Origin: an uncultured delta proteobacterium
GTDB lineage: Bacteria > Desulfobacterota > Binatia > UBA9968
Assembly (NCBI GenBank): GCA_963840855.1
Contig: CAWJBB010000040.1
Coordinates: 288,001-352,000 of the forward strand
Length of the DNA stretch: 64,000 nt
Direction of reading: 5' to 3'
Shown in pieces: positions 60,571 through 64,000 of this stretch. Within the stretch, counting starts at the first letter, position 1; each line of letters starts with the position of its first letter. Position numbers and translations under genes: made by a program. The notes below the pieces were generated by a model. That model was not told the DNA's origin and did no database searches. It saw only the letters and a list, made by a program, of their open reading frames with translations.

Positions 60571-61542
60571 ATGGCCACCAACGGCAATAACGCTTTGCAT
60601 CTGGCGACTCACTCGGGATGGTACCGTTTCGATCGCCAAGGTGAGAATTGGGCTCAAGCCGACCGGGCGCTGACTTTTTGGCAAATGAGCTGTATCCAAG
60701 TCGACCCGGAAAATCCGCAGCGTGTTTATATTGGGACGGAACACTCCGGCATGTTCGTCACCGACAATGGCGGCAAAGAATGGATGCGCGCCAATCCCAA
60801 CGTGCCCTGCCTGGCGATGTCGTCCATGCTCGCCTTGCCGGGCAAACTTTTGGTTGGCACTATGCCGTCGGCACTTTATTTTAAGCCTAAAGACGGTGGC
60901 TGGCAGGAGCTGAAGGGCGTGCGCCAGGGTTCTGTCGGCGGCACTTTTCCGCCCAATCCCGATTTTCCCGCCCGCACTCGTGTGCTGACGAGAGAGAACA
61001 AACCCAGTGGTAGGTTTTTCGCGGGTATCGAGGTCGCGGGTATTCTCGTTAGCGACGATGATGGCCAGACCTGGACGGCTGCCAACGATGGCCTCACCGA
61101 TCCGGATATGCATCAAATCTTGCCGTCCAAAAAACGCGACGGACTAGTTGTCGCGGCTTGTGGCGAAGGCGTCTCGCGCAGCCTGGACCGCGGCTCTCAC
61201 TGGGAAAAGGTTACGCCGGCGGGCAACCGCACTTACGGCAACGCCTTAGCGGAAGACGACGATGGCAATATTTATCTGGGAATCACCCAGGACCGGCCAC
61301 GCACCTGGACACGCTCCGGGCGGGCAAATACCGCTATCTTCAAATCTCAAGACGGCGCCAATTGGGAGCTGCTGACGGAAAGGATACGCGGCGGCGTGAT
61401 GGATATCTGCGCGGCTCCGGAAGGCAAAGGCGTGTTGATCTCCACGGCCGATGGAGAAGTCGTAAAGGTTGCGCCATCGGGCGACACGCAAACGATCATC
61501 GACGGCTTGCCGTGCATCACGGCGATGGCGCTGGGCGCATAA
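60571..61542 (+). CDS. BNR/Asp-box beta-propeller protein
   Basis: Repeated (S/T).DGG..W motifs; upstream TTGACG-N18-TATGGT. Confidence 0.85.
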   Translation: MATNGNNALHLATHSGWYRFDRQGENWAQADRALTFWQMSCIQVDPENPQRVYIGTEHSGMFVTDNGGKEWMRANPNVPCLAMSSMLALPGKLLVGTMPSALYFKPKDGGWQELKGVRQGSVGGTFPPNPDFPARTRVLTRENKPSGRFFAGIEVAGILVSDDDGQTWTAANDGLTDPDMHQILPSKKRDGLVVAACGEGVSRSLDRGSHWEKVTPAGNRTYGNALAEDDDGNIYLGITQDRPRTWTRSGRANTAIFKSQDGANWELLTERIRGGVMDICAAPEGKGVLISTADGEVVKVAPSGDTQTIIDGLPCITAMALGA

Positions 61543-61545
61543 CAA

Positions 61546-61642
61546 GTCTAGCGTTCCGCGTCTAGAGTCTCGCGTTTCGGATTTCGAGCGGAAAGGCGCG
61601 AGGGTAGGGGAACCCTAGACCCTGGAACTCTAAACGCTAGAC
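61546..61642. repeat. Inverted degenerate heptamer repeat (GTCTAGC)n...(CTAGACC)n
   Basis: Between convergent genes. Confidence 0.7.
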
Positions 61643-61644
61643 CC

Positions 61645-62121
61645 CTATGTCGGCAGCTTCTGATATTTGCCTTTGAAGAATAATAGCGGCCGCTCACCGT
61701 TGGCGCTCACATTTACGATTTCACCCAAGACGATCGTGTGATCGCCGCCGTCGTAGCATTGCGTAATCTTGCACTCCACGTGGCCCAGAATTCCGTCTAG
61801 AATCGCCGCCCCGTTGTTTCCTTCTTTCCATTGAAGCCCGGCGAACTTGTCGACACCTTTGGTCGCGAAGCGACGTGAAATCTCTTCTTGCTCTTCGCTG
61901 AGAAAGTTGACCGTAAAGCCGTTCTGCGGCTCAAAGCAAGCGTAGCATGTTGCGCCTTTGTCCACGCTGATGAGAATCAAGGGCGGATTCAAGGACAACG
62001 ACATAAAAGCATTGGCCGTGAGTCCCTGCGGAAGCCCGTCTCTGTCCTTGGTGGTAATGACGGTCACGCCAGTCGCGAAATGGCCCATTACCCGGCGCAG
62101 CTCTTGCGGTTCGATAGTCAT
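61645..62121 (-). CDS. Flavin reductase-like protein (HpaC/DszD family)
   Basis: FATGVTVIT, SLSLNPPL, GGDH.I..G. Confidence 0.93.
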   Translation of the reverse strand: MTIEPQELRRVMGHFATGVTVITTKDRDGLPQGLTANAFMSLSLNPPLILISVDKGATCYACFEPQNGFTVNFLSEEQEEISRRFATKGVDKFAGLQWKEGNNGAAILDGILGHVECKITQCYDGGDHTIVLGEIVNVSANGERPLLFFKGKYQKLPT

Positions 62122-62264
62122 CTGCTCGCTCAATATGTTCGGATTTGTTTCAACAGGTACCAGAGGCAAGCTCGCACTGTCAAACCAAGATCTTAATTAG
62201 CCGGCGGCCTGGACGAAAGTTTGGCAAAAGTGATAAAGGATATCACATGGAAGGGAGGGATTTT

Positions 62265-62819
62265 ATGGCCGTGCAGGAACAAAAAGCTGAGAGTTCATTA
62301 GACCGGTACATCGCGGAGGTCCGCTCGGTATGGGGTGACGGCAAGGATCCCCAGCTGCCGTTTAAGGTCACGGCCTTGATGGAAAAACTGTTCGCCGCCA
62401 CCAGCCCGGACGACCCGTGGATGGCGGAACTGATGCGGGATGGAAAACCGTCACGCGAGCTTTATCGCGATGCCGAGCTCGGCTTCATTCAGATGGGCCA
62501 CATTCACAAACAGGGTCACGGCAACAAGCCCCACGATCACGGTCCCTGCTGGGTTGTCTACGGTTCGTTCAAAGGCATAACGGAAATCACCAAGTACAAA
62601 CGCACGGATGATGGGTCGAAGGAAGGTCACGCAGTGATCGAGAAAGACCGTCTCGATCGTCTCACTCCCGGAGTCGTCGTGCCCTACTTGCGGGGCGACA
62701 TCCATTCGACCAACGCCGTTGAAGGTCCCGGCGTCGTCTTTCGCTTCTTGAGTTACGACTTGGACAAGATCGAGCGGTACCGTTACAACATGGAAAAGCA
62801 AACAATGACGAAAGCCTAA
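62265..62819 (+). CDS. Cysteine-dioxygenase-like cupin
   Basis: PHDHG..W.VYG...G ... GDIHS (3-His). Confidence 0.7.
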   Translation: MAVQEQKAESSLDRYIAEVRSVWGDGKDPQLPFKVTALMEKLFAATSPDDPWMAELMRDGKPSRELYRDAELGFIQMGHIHKQGHGNKPHDHGPCWVVYGSFKGITEITKYKRTDDGSKEGHAVIEKDRLDRLTPGVVVPYLRGDIHSTNAVEGPGVVFRFLSYDLDKIERYRYNMEKQTMTKA

Positions 62820-62826
62820 ATGGATG

Positions 62827-62853
62827 GTAGGGGCAGACCTGCGTGTCTGCCCT
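62827..62853. repeat. GTAG-type REP palindrome
   Basis: GTAG-GGGCAGAC-CTGCGT-GTCTGCCC. Confidence 0.75.
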
Positions 62854-62945
62854 GTTACAACCGGGAAAAGGTACAGTAGCGAAACTTTAGGCCACAGGTT
62901 TTTGTTGCGGATTTAACTCGAAACCCGAGGCTCAAAACAGTGTAA

Positions 62946-63665
62946 ATGCCAATGGCCGGTGAAGAAATATTTTTCGAACAGATTCGCTCCAGCGGCTGCC
63001 TCTCCTATATTCTAGGGTGCAAGCAGGACAAGGCATGCGTGGTCATCGACCCGGAGCTTGACAAGGCTGATGATTACGTCGGCCTGGCTCAATTTTTCGA
63101 GTCGACACTGCTCTACGCTATCGATACCCATACCCATGCGGATCACAACTCCGCCTGCAAGATCATGCGCGAGCGTCACGGCGTGACGATCGTCATGCAC
63201 CGCGCCACCGACGCTCCTTACGTCGACATACGGGTAGAAGATGGAGATGAGATCAAATTCGGGCAACAGACTCTTAAAGTCGTCTACACCCCCGGTCACA
63301 CGCAGGATGCGATGTGCCTGCTCTTCAGGGATCGGATCTTTACCGGCGATACGTTGTTGATTGGCGGTTGCGGCCGCACCGACCTGCCGGGAGGGAATGC
63401 CGAGGCGCAATACCACAGCCTGGCAAAGTTAAAGGCACTGGGAGACGAGATCCGCGTCTATCCCGGTCATGACTACCGCGAGGCGGTCTCAACTCTGGGC
63501 GATGAAAAACAGCAGAATACGCGCATGTTGATTCCCACCCAGGAAGAATTCATTTATTTCATGACTTCGCGCAAACCTCCGTTGCCCCGCAAAATCCAGG
63601 AAGCCCTCGAATGGAACCGCACGCCGATTCAGGGGACACAGAGAGGAATGGGCGAAGGCATTTAA
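62946..63665 (+). CDS. MBL-fold hydrolase, ETHE1/persulfide-dioxygenase-like
   Basis: THTHADH, TPGHT, TGDTL, GCGRTD, YPGHDY. Confidence 0.85.
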   Translation: MPMAGEEIFFEQIRSSGCLSYILGCKQDKACVVIDPELDKADDYVGLAQFFESTLLYAIDTHTHADHNSACKIMRERHGVTIVMHRATDAPYVDIRVEDGDEIKFGQQTLKVVYTPGHTQDAMCLLFRDRIFTGDTLLIGGCGRTDLPGGNAEAQYHSLAKLKALGDEIRVYPGHDYREAVSTLGDEKQQNTRMLIPTQEEFIYFMTSRKPPLPRKIQEALEWNRTPIQGTQRGMGEGI

Positions 63666-63771
63666 AGTTGAGTCTAGCGTCCAGCGTGTCGAGTTCGCCC
63701 CTTCCCTTGCGCTACCACGATTCCTTCCGCATCATGCCTGTCAAATTAAGCCTTGGCACTCACAGTTCAAA

Positions 63772-64000
63772 TCAATTGAGCGGTATATCTCCAGCCGCTC
63801 CCCAACCCACCGCTTGTGTCCCGCCGCTCGACTTGAAAATAAACCACACCCCGTCTCTAAATACCGCCACGTCTGCCTTCCCGTCGCCGTCGTAGTCTGC
63901 CGGTACTGGCACATCCGCCAACACTCCGCCCCATCCCACAGTGGTCACACCGCCGTCCGAAGAACGTAAGACAAACCACGTCCCGTCGCGGTACACCGCG
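63772..64000 (-). CDS. C-terminus of FG-GAP/VCBS repeat protein (5' part outside window)
   Basis: DVPVPADYDGDGKADVAVFRDG.W, WG...DIP. Confidence 0.85.
   Translation of the reverse strand, partial: AVYRDGTWFVLRSSDGGVTTVGWGGVLADVPVPADYDGDGKADVAVFRDGVWFIFKSSGGTQAVGWGAAGDIPLN

Overview
A 64 kb bacterial chromosomal window of moderately high GC. Gene content and the intergenic repeat style resemble Candidatus Binatia / delta-proteobacterial lineages; this assignment is inference. More than a dozen single-base frameshifts, mostly at homopolymers, suggest an unpolished long-read assembly. Layout: (1) 1-11.9 kb accessory region with a sigma54 response regulator plus histidine kinase, an unusual ferredoxin, a CBS protein, an IS remnant, a solute-binding protein/RsbU/RsbW/RsbV partner-switching module, a ferric-reductase-like flavoprotein, a VOC protein and a 5'-truncated AOR. 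(2) 12-19 kb: Tat-exported selenocysteine formate dehydrogenase operon (in-frame UGA plus SECIS) with an NrfD-type anchor, fdhE and three small unknown genes. (3) 19-48 kb: mostly housekeeping genes (lldD-like, ilvD, mutM, rsmA, tsaD, mrcB plus LpoP-like lipoprotein, degP, cysK-larE, ispD, carD, rimI, tRNA-Cys, grxC, coaE, efp, gdhA, hinT, pncA). (4) 49.4-56.7 kb: best candidate for an undescribed system, a co-oriented cluster of three heme-oxygenase-like diiron (CADD/PqqC-fold) proteins, an orphan His-tailed EutA-like ATPase, a bicupin, an NMT1-type binding protein and a DAO-family flavoenzyme. (5) 57-64 kb: VWA, FIST, HMA, beta-propeller, flavin reductase, CDO-like cupin and ETHE1-like genes. 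Many intergenic gaps carry degenerate 6-9 bp tandem repeats arranged as inverted arms. Two candidate structured RNAs lie at about 20.2 kb and 32.4 kb. No CRISPR array or rRNA was seen. All family calls come from reading motifs by eye, not from database searches.
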